This document shows positions 26,224 through 34,886 of a stretch of DNA of 57,520 bases, in pieces (the first letter of the stretch is position 1; the number at the start of each line of letters is the position of its first letter). The stretch comes from Myxococcota bacterium (GTDB taxonomy: Bacteria > Myxococcota_A > UBA9160 > SMWR01). A program made the translations under genes and the position numbers. The stretch spans positions 1 through 57,520 of the forward strand of contig DATFWW010000173.1 in the NCBI GenBank assembly GCA_035258825.1, given 5' to 3'. The notes below the pieces were generated by a model. That model was not told the origin of the DNA. It did not search any database and saw only the letters and a list, made by a program, of their open reading frames with translations.

Positions 26224-27456
26224 ATGCCCAAACCCTCCTACCGCGTCCGCCCCGAGACCGCGATCCTCACGCGGGGATTCGATCCGTCGCTCTCCGTCGG
26301 CGCGGCGCGCCCGCCCGTCTATCGCACGTCGACATTCGTGTTCTCGAGCCCCGAGGCGGCCGAGCGCGCGTTCGCGATCGCGCTCGGCCGGATCTCGCCG
26401 ACCGAGGACGAAAACGTCGACCTGATCTACGCGCGGCTCTCGCACCCGAACGCCGAGATCCTCGAAGACCAGCTCGTGCCGCTCGAGCGCGCCGCGAAGT
26501 ACGCGGCGGTGTTCAACTCGGGCATGGCGGCGATCGCGTCGTGCTGCTTCGCATTCCTGCCGCGCGGCTCCGCGCTGCTGCACACCCAGCCGCTCTACGG
26601 CGGCACGCAGCACCTCATGCACCAGGTGCTCGAGCCGCTCGGATTCACGGCGGTCGGCGTGCCGGCCGGCGATGGCGACGCGCTCACGCGCGCCGCGGCC
26701 GCGCTCCCGGACCTGAAGCTCCTGCTGATCGAGACGCCCGCCAACCCGACGCTGCGCATGACCGACATCGCTCACGCGGTCGACGTCGCGTCGTCGCATC
26801 CGGCGCAGCCGCTCGTCGCCGTCGACAACACCTTCCTCGGGCCGACCTTCCAGCACCCGCTCGAGATCGGCGCCGATCTCGCGATCTATTCGGCGACCAA
26901 GTTCCTCGGCGGGCAGAGCGACATCCTCGGCGGCGTCGTGCTCGCGAACGAGGAGGAGCTCGTGCAGCAGCTGCGCGGCCTGCGCGCGCTGTTCGGCAAC
27001 ATCCTGCAGGCCGACGAATCGTGGATGCTCGACTCGCGCCTCGCGACGGTGGCGCTGCGCATGAATCGCCAGAGCAAGAACGCGCAGCGGATCGCCGAGC
27101 GGCTCGCCGGGCACCCGCGCGTGCGGCGCGTGCACTACCCGTCGCTGTTCGAGGATCCCGAGCAGCTGCGGATCCGCGACGCGCAGTGCGACTTTCCGGG
27201 CTCGGTGTTCTCGATCGAGGTGGAGGGCGGCAAGCGCGGCGCGTTCGAATTCCTGCGGCGCCTGAAGATCGCGCGCAACGCCGTGAGCCTCGGCGGCATC
27301 GAGACGCTCGCGTGCCACCCGAAGACGACGACGCACAGCGAGCTCTCCGACGACGAGCTCGCGCAGGCCGGGATCACCGACGCGCTCGTGCGCGTCTCGA
27401 TCGGCACCGAGCACTGGAAGGACCTGATGGACGACTTCGAGACCGCGCTCGCGTAG
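26224..27456 (+). CDS. Cys/Met-metabolism PLP-dependent enzyme (cystathionine gamma-synthase/gamma-lyase family)
   Basis: ATG 26224 (MPKPSYRVRPETAILTRGFDP..). YSATKFLGGQSD carries the PLP lysine. The family pattern runs throughout. Confidence 0.8.
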   Translation: MPKPSYRVRPETAILTRGFDPSLSVGAARPPVYRTSTFVFSSPEAAERAFAIALGRISPTEDENVDLIYARLSHPNAEILEDQLVPLERAAKYAAVFNSGMAAIASCCFAFLPRGSALLHTQPLYGGTQHLMHQVLEPLGFTAVGVPAGDGDALTRAAAALPDLKLLLIETPANPTLRMTDIAHAVDVASSHPAQPLVAVDNTFLGPTFQHPLEIGADLAIYSATKFLGGQSDILGGVVLANEEELVQQLRGLRALFGNILQADESWMLDSRLATVALRMNRQSKNAQRIAERLAGHPRVRRVHYPSLFEDPEQLRIRDAQCDFPGSVFSIEVEGGKRGAFEFLRRLKIARNAVSLGGIETLACHPKTTTHSELSDDELAQAGITDALVRVSIGTEHWKDLMDDFETALA

Positions 27457-27476
27457 GGCGAGCGCCGCGAAGCGGC

Positions 27477-27506
27477 GCGCGCGGCGAGCCGGAGGCGAGC
27501 GAAGTC
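27477..27506 (+). repeat. GCGAAG-rich short repeat, intergenic copy
   Basis: cgcgcggcgagccggaggcgagcgaagtcg matches the copy at 45168..45198 (cgcgcagcgagccgaaggcgagcgaaggcc) at about 27/30 positions. It lies between stop 27456 and GTG 27576. Confidence 0.6.
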
Positions 27507-27575
27507 GAAATGGTGGCCTCCGATGGTGCAAATCCTCGAGCGCAGCGTCTTGGGTCTTGTCGCTAGCTGGATCCC

Positions 27576-28250
27576 GTGGCCGCGCTGATCGCCGCCGCGG
27601 TTCTGCCCGGGAGCGTCCTGCTGTTCGCGGGGCTGATCTTCGCGCCCGCAGGGCGCCTCGACTGGATCGCGGGCTGGCTGTGCCTCGCGATCATGGTGAT
27701 CGGCTTCTCCGCCGTCACGGCGCACGTCGCGCTGCGCACGCCGTCGCTGATCCGGCGGCGCGCGAAGCCGGGTGCCGGGACGCCGCGCTGGGATCTCGCG
27801 TTCGTGAGCTTCTTCCAGCTCTCGTTCGCGGCGATCCTGGTCGTTGGCGGGCTCGACGCCGGGCGCCATCCGGCCCACGCGCTGTCGGCGACGTGGCAGG
27901 GACTCGGAGCGGCGTCGATGGCGTTCGCGATGCTCGGCCTGGGGTGGGCGATGGGCGCCAATCCGCACTTCGAGGCCACCGTGCGGATCCAGTCCGATCA
28001 GCATCACCGCGTGGTGGACCGCGGTCCGTACCGAATCGTGCGGCATCCGGGTTATGCCGCCGGAATTCCGCTGCTTTTCGCCATGGCGCTCGTGCTCGGC
28101 TCGCGCTGGGCGCTCGTTCCGGCGCTCCTGGGCGCGATCGCGCTGATCGCCCGCGCTGCGCTCGAGGACGAGTTCCTGACGGACCGTCTCGATGGCTACC
28201 GGGCGTACGCCGAGCGCACGCCGTTCCGCCTGCTGCCGGGCGTGTGGTGA
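27576..28250 (+). CDS. Isoprenylcysteine carboxyl methyltransferase (ICMT)/PEMT-family membrane methyltransferase
   Basis: 224-aa ORF with a GTG start and several TM helices. VVDRGPYRIVRHPGYAAG is the ICMT/PEMT signature region. Confidence 0.7.
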   Translation: MAALIAAAVLPGSVLLFAGLIFAPAGRLDWIAGWLCLAIMVIGFSAVTAHVALRTPSLIRRRAKPGAGTPRWDLAFVSFFQLSFAAILVVGGLDAGRHPAHALSATWQGLGAASMAFAMLGLGWAMGANPHFEATVRIQSDQHHRVVDRGPYRIVRHPGYAAGIPLLFAMALVLGSRWALVPALLGAIALIARAALEDEFLTDRLDGYRAYAERTPFRLLPGVW

Positions 28251-28255
28251 TCGGC

Positions 28256-28633
28256 TCAGCGGCGCTCGAACACCATCATCTCGAACCGCCCGCTCGGGCC
28301 GATCGTCCACGAGACCCACGAGCTCACGAAGCTCACGACGAGCGAACCGAGCAGCGCCGAGCCGAAGCCCGAGAGCGTGAATCCGTCGAGCATCGCCGCT
28401 ACGAGCCCGAGCATCGCCGCATTGACGACGAGGATGAACAGCCCGAGCGTGACGATCGTGAACGGAAGCGTCAGCAGCAGCGCGAGCGGCCGCACCAGCG
28501 CGTTCACGAGGCCGAGCAGCAGCGCGGCGGCGATCAGCGTCGAAGTGCCCGAGATCACCATGCCCGGAACGATCAGGCTCGCGACCCAGAGCGCGAACGC
28601 GGTGATCGCCATGCGTAACAGGAGACCGGTCAT
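28256..28633 (-). CDS. DUF360/YvlD-type membrane protein (often labelled phage holin family)
   Basis: 125-aa ORF with four hydrophobic helices. FALWVASLIVPGMVISG..ALLLGLVNALVRPLALLLTLPFTIVTLGLF is typical of this family. Confidence 0.7.
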   Translation of the reverse strand: MTGLLLRMAITAFALWVASLIVPGMVISGTSTLIAAALLLGLVNALVRPLALLLTLPFTIVTLGLFILVVNAAMLGLVAAMLDGFTLSGFGSALLGSLVVSFVSSWVSWTIGPSGRFEMMVFERR

Positions 28634-28648
28634 GGGTAGAGCTTAGGC

Positions 28649-28753
28649 TCAGCCGGCGCGGGAAACGATGGGCCAGATCAGCATCGCAATGGACGTCGCG
28701 ACCATCAGGACGCCTGTGAGGACGGCGAGATCTCGCTTGCGTCGTGTCGTCAT
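28649..28753 (-). CDS. Micro-ORF encoding a 34-aa single-TM peptide
   Basis: My translation: MTTRRKRDLAVLTGVLMVATSIAMLIWPIVSRAG*. It has a GGGAGAGG RBS 8 nt upstream, follows a sigma54-type promoter, and ends 15 nt before the DUF360 gene. Confidence 0.4.
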   Translation of the reverse strand: MTTRRKRDLAVLTGVLMVATSIAMLIWPIVSRAG

Positions 28754-28780
28754 GGCTCGTACCTCTCCCGAGAGTGGAAA

Positions 28781-28796
28781 AGCACGAGACGTGCCA
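28781..28796 (-). promoter_or_regulatory. Sigma54 (-24/-12) type promoter
   Basis: The minus strand reads TGGCACGTCTCGTGCT, against the consensus TGGCACG-N4-TTGCW. GG and GC have the correct 10-nt spacing. The predicted start site falls just before the micro-ORF RBS. Confidence 0.55.
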
Positions 28797-28922
28797 AGCC
28801 GCGGCGCTGCGAGAGCGGAGATCGGACCGGACGAGCCGATCCCTTCTACAATCGGGCACGATCCAAGGCCCGCGCCGAAGTAGAATCGACACGCGCGTTA
28901 GCGCGCGGGACGGAGGAGGATC

Positions 28923-29927
28923 ATGCTACAGCTCCGCATCCACGGACCGAACAAGGTGAGCCTCGACGAGGTGCCGATGCCCGAGCTCGGGCCGCGCGAC
29001 GCGCTGCTGCGCGTCCGGGCCTGCGGCATCTGCGGCAGCGACCTCGGGTACATCGCCTACGGCGGAGTCGCGGGGCCGCGCCCCGAGCCGACGCCGCTCG
29101 GCCACGAGTTCTCCGCGGTGATCGAGCGCGTGGGCGCCGAGGTGAAGCGCTATGCGGCCGGCGCGCGAGTCGTGGTGAACCCGCTCCCGCTCGGCAACAT
29201 GATCGGCAACGGCGGCGCGCTCGGTGCATTCGGGCCCGCGGTGATCGTGCGCGACGTGGAGGAGGGCGGCCTCTTGTTTCCGATCCCCGACGACCTGCCG
29301 TTCGACCGCGCCGCGCTCGCCGAGCCGCTCGGTGTCGGCATGCACGCGGTGGAGCGCCTGCAGCTCGCCGCAGGCGACAAGGTGGCGATCTTCGGCGCGG
29401 GCCCGATCGGCCTGATGGCGCTCGCGGCGCTGCGCTGGCGCGGCTTCGACGACATCGCGATCGTCGATCTCTCCGAGAAGCGGCTCGCGATCGCGCGCGA
29501 GCTCGGCGCCACGCTCGCGCTGAACGCGGGTACGGGCGACGCCTGGGGGCCGATCCGCGAGCTGCACGGCACCGAGCACTGGCTCGGCATGGTGCCGTGC
29601 GCGGGCACGCACGCCTACATCGAGGCCTCGGGCGCGCCGTCGGTGCTCGGCGAGATCATCGCGAAGGCTCGTCCGCGCGCGCGGATCGCGGTGGTGGCAC
29701 TGCACCGCAGGCCGGAGCCCGTCGACTTCATGTCCGTGATGAGCCGGGAGATCACGCTCACGGGCTCGATGGCCTATCCCGACGACTACAACGAGATGGT
29801 ACGCATGCTCTCCGAGGTGGATCTCTCGCCCGCGATCACGCACCGCTTCCCGCTCGCGCGCTTCGAGGAGGCACTTGAAACCGCGCGCGACGCGAGCGCC
29901 TCGGGGAAGGTGATCATCGAGCCCTGA
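28923..29927 (+). CDS. Zn-dependent medium-chain dehydrogenase/reductase (MDR)
   Basis: 334-aa ORF with a GGAGGAGGA RBS, CGICGSDL, GHEFSAVIERVG and GAGPIGLM. Confidence 0.85.
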   Translation: MLQLRIHGPNKVSLDEVPMPELGPRDALLRVRACGICGSDLGYIAYGGVAGPRPEPTPLGHEFSAVIERVGAEVKRYAAGARVVVNPLPLGNMIGNGGALGAFGPAVIVRDVEEGGLLFPIPDDLPFDRAALAEPLGVGMHAVERLQLAAGDKVAIFGAGPIGLMALAALRWRGFDDIAIVDLSEKRLAIARELGATLALNAGTGDAWGPIRELHGTEHWLGMVPCAGTHAYIEASGAPSVLGEIIAKARPRARIAVVALHRRPEPVDFMSVMSREITLTGSMAYPDDYNEMVRMLSEVDLSPAITHRFPLARFEEALETARDASASGKVIIEP

Positions 29928-29928
29928 A

Positions 29929-31092
29929 TCACTTGCGCGCCGTAAGCGACGCGTAGGCCGCCGACAAGAGCCGCTCCGCGCGCGGGTCGCCGGCGATGCC
30001 GAGCTGCATCTGGTTCATCACGTAGCCGAACGCCAGGCCGGACGCGGGGTCGGCGAAGCCCAGCGATCCGCCGGCGCCCGGGTGACCGAATGCGGTGTCG
30101 GGGGCGTCCAGGGAGAGCATCGGCGGCAGCGCGAACCCGCTCGCGAAGCGCGTGGGCACGAGGATCACCTTGTCGGGGCCTTCGACCTGTGGCGCTGCGG
30201 CCGCCGCGACGATCGGCTCCGACAGCAGGCGATGGACGCCGTCGACGTCGCCGATCAGCGAGGCGTAGAAGCGCGCGAGCCCGCGCGCGGTGGCGATGCC
30301 GTTCGACGACGGCAGCTCCGCGGCGTGCAGCGCGCGCGTATTCCAGATCGGGCCGTAGGGCAGCACGCCGGACGGACCCTCGAGCGCGCGGCCGAGCAGC
30401 GTGTCGGGCCCCATGAACTTGGCGCGCAGCGCGCGCTGTTCGGGCTCGGCCGGCTCGGGTGCGGTGTAGTTGGTGGCGACGCGCGGCTCGATATCCTCGG
30501 GCAGGCCGATCCAGAGCTCGAGCCCGAGCGGCTCGGCGGCCTCTTTCGCGAGCAGCTGGCCCACCGTCGCGCCCGTGACGCGGCGCACCAGCTCGCCCAG
30601 GATCCAGCCGAACGTGCGCGCGTGATAGCCGTGCGCGGTGCCGGGCTCCCACTCGGGCTTCTGCGCCGCGATCGCCGCGCACACGGGGTGCCACGCGTAC
30701 ACGTCGTCGAGCGTGAGCGCTCCTTCCACGGCGGGCAGCCCCGCGCGGTGCGCGAGCACGTGGCGCACCGTGATCCACTGCTTGCCGTTCGCGGCGAACT
30801 CGGGCCAGTAGCGCGCGACGGGTGCGTCGAGCTCGAGCTGGTCGCGCTGCGCGAGCAAGTGGATCAGCGCGGCGGTCACGCCCTTCGTGGACGAGAACAC
30901 GAGCGCCGCGGTGTCGCGCTGCCAGGGCCGGCCCGCGTCGCGATCCGCGAGCCCTCCCCACACGTCGACCACGCACTCGCCGTTCCAGTACACGCAGCAG
31001 GCCGCCCCGACCTCGCCCTCGGCGAGATTCTTCGCGAATGCCTCGCCCACCCACTCGAATCCGCGCGCCCAGGCGCCGTGGACGTTCTTCAT
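29929..31092 (-). CDS. Serine hydrolase, beta-lactamase/esterase (class C-like) family
   Basis: 387-aa ORF with VFSSTKGVTA (SxxK nucleophile motif) and a family-typical N-terminus. Confidence 0.8.
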   Translation of the reverse strand: MKNVHGAWARGFEWVGEAFAKNLAEGEVGAACCVYWNGECVVDVWGGLADRDAGRPWQRDTAALVFSSTKGVTAALIHLLAQRDQLELDAPVARYWPEFAANGKQWITVRHVLAHRAGLPAVEGALTLDDVYAWHPVCAAIAAQKPEWEPGTAHGYHARTFGWILGELVRRVTGATVGQLLAKEAAEPLGLELWIGLPEDIEPRVATNYTAPEPAEPEQRALRAKFMGPDTLLGRALEGPSGVLPYGPIWNTRALHAAELPSSNGIATARGLARFYASLIGDVDGVHRLLSEPIVAAAAAPQVEGPDKVILVPTRFASGFALPPMLSLDAPDTAFGHPGAGGSLGFADPASGLAFGYVMNQMQLGIAGDPRAERLLSAAYASLTARK

Positions 31093-31217
31093 CGGAGCCC
31101 CTCTAGTGGTCTTCGAACGGGCAGAATGTCAGGAAATTTCTTGACAGCACCCATTTTTCTGGCAATGTAGGGCCACCGACTGGGAAGGGGCCGCTCCCTA
31201 GCTAGGAGTGAATCCCC

Positions 31218-31529
31218 GTGCGTATTCGCCCCCTTGTCGCTCTGGCCGCCCTGCTCGTCTGCGCCTCGAAATCCGCCCATGCCACGAGCCCCGTGCAGAC
31301 CGCGCGCGCGGAGGAGCCCGCCGCCGCGGTCGCCTTCGACGATTCGAGCACCAGCGCGCCCGTGAGCCCGCTCGCGGTCGCCGCGACGCTCGGAGCCACC
31401 GGGGACCTCGCCGCGGGCTCGCCCACCGAGGGATCGACACTCCAGATCCAGCTCGGTGCTGCGGACCGGGTGCAGCGCGGCTCGGCGATCCTCGACCGCT
31501 CGTACGACGTGAATCCGCTGGACATGTGA
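31218..31529 (+). CDS. Small secreted hypothetical protein
   Basis: 103-aa ORF with a GTG start and signal peptide MRIRPLVALAALLVCASKSAHA. A TTGACA hexamer at 31141..31146 lies upstream. I recognised no family. Confidence 0.35.
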   Translation: MRIRPLVALAALLVCASKSAHATSPVQTARAEEPAAAVAFDDSSTSAPVSPLAVAATLGATGDLAAGSPTEGSTLQIQLGAADRVQRGSAILDRSYDVNPLDM

Positions 31530-31557
31530 GCGCTGGCGGGTGCCAGGCCGCACCCGC

Positions 31558-32527
31558 TCATGGCGCGAGCAGCATCGGCAGCTTCACCGCGCAGACGGCG
31601 AGGAGCGCGGCCAGGCCGGAGCGGATCGCAAACGGCACCCGCCCTCGCCCGAGACCGAACGCCGCTGCGGCGCCCGCCGCTCGCGGGCGCCGCCCAGCGC
31701 CGCGAAGATCAGGATCGGAACCGCGAGCGGCAGCCGAAAGCGGCACACGCCGTGGCCCCAGGGCGTCACCACCAGCGCCAGGAACGCGAGATAGCGGCGA
31801 CGAGCACCTGCACGGTGCGATGCGGTGCCGCGGCCGCGCCGGCGACCGGCTCGGTGATCCCGACGAAGAACAAGAGCATCGCGGCGAGGTACAGCGCTGT
31901 CACCCAGAGAGCTGGAGCACATAGCGCAGCAAAGCGTGCAGCTCGACGCGGTAGTCTGGTGCCAGGCGCGCGAGCCCGGCGGCGCGCGGTTGAAGGTGTA
32001 GTCGTTCGGAGACCAGAAGTTCGCGTCCTTGGCGAGCGCGCGCTGGGCGAAGCGCAGCGGCGATGCAGTGAAGTACGCGATCGCGGCGCGCTGCTCGCAG
32101 GCGTAGAGCTCCGGGAGCGGCGCGCCGCAGGGCGGCCGGACCGCCCCAGCCGAGCCCACGCGCGGTAGATCGGGAGCCAGCGGTGGATCTCCGTCATCGC
32201 CTCCGGCTCGCACCAGTCGTGGTTCACGATCGGGAAGGCGTTGTTGTCCTTCCAGAGATTCCAGGCGCCCTTGGTGGAGAGCAGCCACGCCCCGCTGATG
32301 TCGAGGTTGCGCACGTAGCTGGGCTCGAGCAGGATCGCCGCGCCGATCGCCCTGGGCGCCGCCCGCGCAGCCGCGCCGCGCGCGCGCCGATCCGCGGCGC
32401 CGATCCGCGGCGCCGATCGCGCGAGCAGAAGGCTGCACAGCGCGAGCGCAGCGTGCACGAGCGCGAGGCAATCCGGGCTCGCTGCGAGCAGGCGGGTCGC
32501 CGCGAAGGCGAGCGGGATCGCGATCAC
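31558..32527 (-). pseudogene. Multiply frameshifted membrane protein gene downstream of GtrA (probably glycan-modification related)
   Basis: Protein-like text jumps between frames. Frame a gives ..SYVRNLDISGAWLLSTKGAWNLWKDNNAFPIVNHDWCEPEAMTEIHRWLPIYRAW. Frame b gives ..PELYACEQRAAIAYFTASPLRFAQRALAKDANFWSPNDYTFNRAPPG. TM-like segments then alternate between frames a, b and c. Confidence 0.45.
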
Positions 32528-32570
32528 CGCTTCCCAGGTATACTCGGGCGCGCCGCGGGGCGGCTCGGCA

Positions 32571-32972
32571 TCAACGGAAGATGATCCAGCGCGAGGCGGT
32601 GAAGTTGACGAGCGTGCCGCCGAGGATCCCCACGAACTGGGGAATGACCATCAGCTCGAAGTCGTGGATCCGGACTAACAGCCACAAGATCGTGAGGTTG
32701 ACGCCCAATCCGAGCAGCGAGTAGGCGACGAACTTCGCGTAGCGCAGTGCCGTGAGCCGGCTGACCCCGCGGTCGCCGAAGGTCCAGAGCTGATTCAGCA
32801 CGTAGTTCTGGGTCACCGCGACGGCGAACGCCGCGATCGCCCCCGCGAATGGAGACAGACCTCCCACGTCCACCATGACGAAGAAACACGCGAGATTGGT
32901 GAGCACGCCGAGGCCACCCACGATCGAGAACTGGGCGAATTGCCGCACGAGCGGCCGGCTCTCGGGGCGCAT
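32571..32972 (-). CDS. GtrA-family membrane protein
   Basis: Internal ATG 32972: MRPESRPLVRQFAQFSIVGGLGVLTNLACFFVM.. ..NYVLNQLWTFGDRG.., typical of the GtrA-like fold. Confidence 0.75.
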   Translation of the reverse strand: MRPESRPLVRQFAQFSIVGGLGVLTNLACFFVMVDVGGLSPFAGAIAAFAVAVTQNYVLNQLWTFGDRGVSRLTALRYAKFVAYSLLGLGVNLTILWLLVRIHDFELMVIPQFVGILGGTLVNFTASRWIIFR

Positions 32973-33189
32973 CGCGCAAGCATGGCGCAGCTGAAATGCC
33001 GACACGACCCCGGCGCGCGCGCGCGCAGCGCGCACGCTCTGATGTTGATCGCCCGCGCGCTAACGCTCGCGTCGGCTGCTCGGAGAAGCCAGCCGACGTG
33101 GTGCTGATCACCGCACTCGCGCGCGAGCTGCCGAGCGTCTCATGTGCGAGCCTCGAGATCGTGGCGCGTGCGCACGGCGGCGACATTCC

Positions 33190-33445
33190 CGCGCCCGTGC
33201 TCGCCCACGCGCGGTCGCTCCACCGCGGCGAGGTCTCCTACACGGACGAGAGGGTCGGGCGGCTCGTCTCGGGCATCGAGGCGAAGCGCTGGCTCGACGA
33301 GACGCTCGTCGTGTTCACGGCCGATCACGGAGGGTGCCTCGAGCACCGCGTCTACTTCGAGTACGTGCTCGATCCGGGCCAGATCAGCGAGGAGCTGCGC
33401 GCGTCGCGGCGCGCGCTCGGCTATCTCGAGGTGGGCGAGCGATGA
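33190..33445 (+). pseudogene. Sulfatase gene fragment (central/C-terminal remnant only)
   Basis: Within ORF 32996..33445, ..SLHRGEVSYTDERVGRLVSGIEAKRWLDETLVVFTADHGG matches the conserved sulfatase Y..v.y.D..vG / DHG block. The N-terminal catalytic part is absent. ATGA overlap with the intact sulfatase. Confidence 0.45.
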
Positions 33446-34884
33446 TCTCGCGGCGCCGCTTCCTGCAGGGCCTCGGCGCCGGTGCGGCCGCCGCGGCGCT
33501 GTCGTCGTGCTTTTCGAAGAAGCGCGCGCCCGCCGGCGATCGGCCCAACATCCTGTTCCTGACCGCGGACGACATGGGCTGGGATTCACCCGGATGCTTC
33601 GGCGGCCTCGCGCCCGAGATCACGCCGCACCTCGACGCACTCGCCGCATCCGGCATGCGCTTCGCGCGCGCGCACATCAACATCTCCGTCTGCCAGCCGA
33701 GCCGCGCCGTGATGATGACCGGTCGCTACCCGCACCGGAACGGCGTGACGGGATTCAGGATGGGGGTGGCGGCGGGCGTGCCGACGCTCTCCGAGCTGCT
33801 CGTCGACGCGGGGTACGAGACGGCGCTGCTGGGCAAGGAGTACCACTACCTCCCGCGCGAGAAATACCGCTGGCGCATGGTCGTGGAGTCGCGCCGGCTC
33901 GGCGGCGCGCGCGATCCGGCGATGTTCGCGGCGGCGCTGCGCACGGTGATCCGCCGCGCGAAGGAGGCCGGGCGCCCGTTCTTCATCCACGCCAACTCCA
34001 ACGACCCGCACCGCCCGTTCTACGGCGGCATCTCGGCGCGGCCCGTGGCACCCGGGCCGGCACCCTCGCGCATCTACAAGGCCGGGGAAGTGAAGGTCCC
34101 GGGGTTCCTGCCCGACCTGCCCGAGGTGCGCACCGAGGTGGCCCAGTACTGCTCGTCGGTGCGGCGCCTCGACGACGCGGTGGGCGCCGTGGTCGATGCG
34201 CTCGCCGCAGAACAGGTGGCCGAGCACACGCTCGTGCTGTTCCTGTCCGACAACGGGATGTCGTTCCCGTTCGCGAAGGCGAGCTGTTACTTCGCGAGCA
34301 CGCGCACGCCGCTCGTCGCGGTGTGGCCGGGGCGGATCGCCGCGGGCGCCGTGGACGAAGCGCACCTAGTGTCCGCGGTGGATCTCGCGCCGACGCTGCT
34401 CGAGATCGCGGTCCCCGAGGTGCTCGACAGCGGCTCGCTGGCGCTCGACGGGCGCTCGCTCCTGCCCCTGTTCGGAGGCGGCACCCAGCCGGACCGCGAC
34501 GAGGCGATCGCGACCTTCCACACCACGAGCGCGGGCCGCAGCTACGAGATGCGGGCGGTTTACCACGGCCGCTGGGCGTACATCTGGAATCCCTGGGCCG
34601 ACGGGATGACGGCGTTCCACAGCGAGAGCCAGACGGGCCTCTCGATGCGCGCGATGCGCGAGGCCGCGCGCAGCGACCCCGCGATCGCCGAGCGCGTGCA
34701 GCAGTTCCTGTTCCGCGCGCCCGAGGAGCTCTACGACTTCGTCACGGACCCCAACTCGCTCGTGAACCTCGCGGCCGACTCCGAGCACGCGAGCGACCTC
34801 ACCATGCTGCGCAAACGGCTGGCGAATTGGTTGCACCGGTACGAGGATCCGCTCGAGAAGAGCTTTGCGTCAGTGGCTGGGTAG
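33442..34884 (+). CDS. Tat-exported formylglycine-dependent sulfatase
   Basis: ATG 33442: MISRRRFLQGLGAGAAAAAL (twin-Arg signal), NILFLTADDMGW, SVCQPSRAVMMTGR (CxPxR) and LFLSDNGM. Confidence 0.85.
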   Translation: MISRRRFLQGLGAGAAAAALSSCFSKKRAPAGDRPNILFLTADDMGWDSPGCFGGLAPEITPHLDALAASGMRFARAHINISVCQPSRAVMMTGRYPHRNGVTGFRMGVAAGVPTLSELLVDAGYETALLGKEYHYLPREKYRWRMVVESRRLGGARDPAMFAAALRTVIRRAKEAGRPFFIHANSNDPHRPFYGGISARPVAPGPAPSRIYKAGEVKVPGFLPDLPEVRTEVAQYCSSVRRLDDAVGAVVDALAAEQVAEHTLVLFLSDNGMSFPFAKASCYFASTRTPLVAVWPGRIAAGAVDEAHLVSAVDLAPTLLEIAVPEVLDSGSLALDGRSLLPLFGGGTQPDRDEAIATFHTTSAGRSYEMRAVYHGRWAYIWNPWADGMTAFHSESQTGLSMRAMREAARSDPAIAERVQQFLFRAPEELYDFVTDPNSLVNLAADSEHASDLTMLRKRLANWLHRYEDPLEKSFASVAG

Positions 34885-34886
34885 CC

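Noticed and set aside
28256-28633. A protein of the family often labelled phage holin, plus Bor-like genes (5151-5862), as hints of a prophage.
   Set aside because: No capsid, tail, terminase, integrase, lysin or repressor genes occur anywhere in the window. DUF360/YvlD proteins are ordinary chromosomal membrane proteins, and the Bor-like genes sit among envelope genes.
32384-32419. 13-bp tandem repeat gcgccgatccgcg, about 2.8 copies, considered as the cause of the frameshifts in the neighbouring pseudogene.
   Set aside because: The 36-nt block keeps the same frame on both sides (TM-like N-terminus upstream, SYVRNLDISG.. downstream). It is low-complexity slippage, not the disrupting lesion.
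33142-33441. Long 5' extension of the sulfatase ORF (580-aa version starting at 33142).
   Set aside because: The twin-arginine signal MISRRRFLQGLG begins at ATG 33442. The upstream text is Arg-rich and overlaps the sulfatase fragment in another frame.
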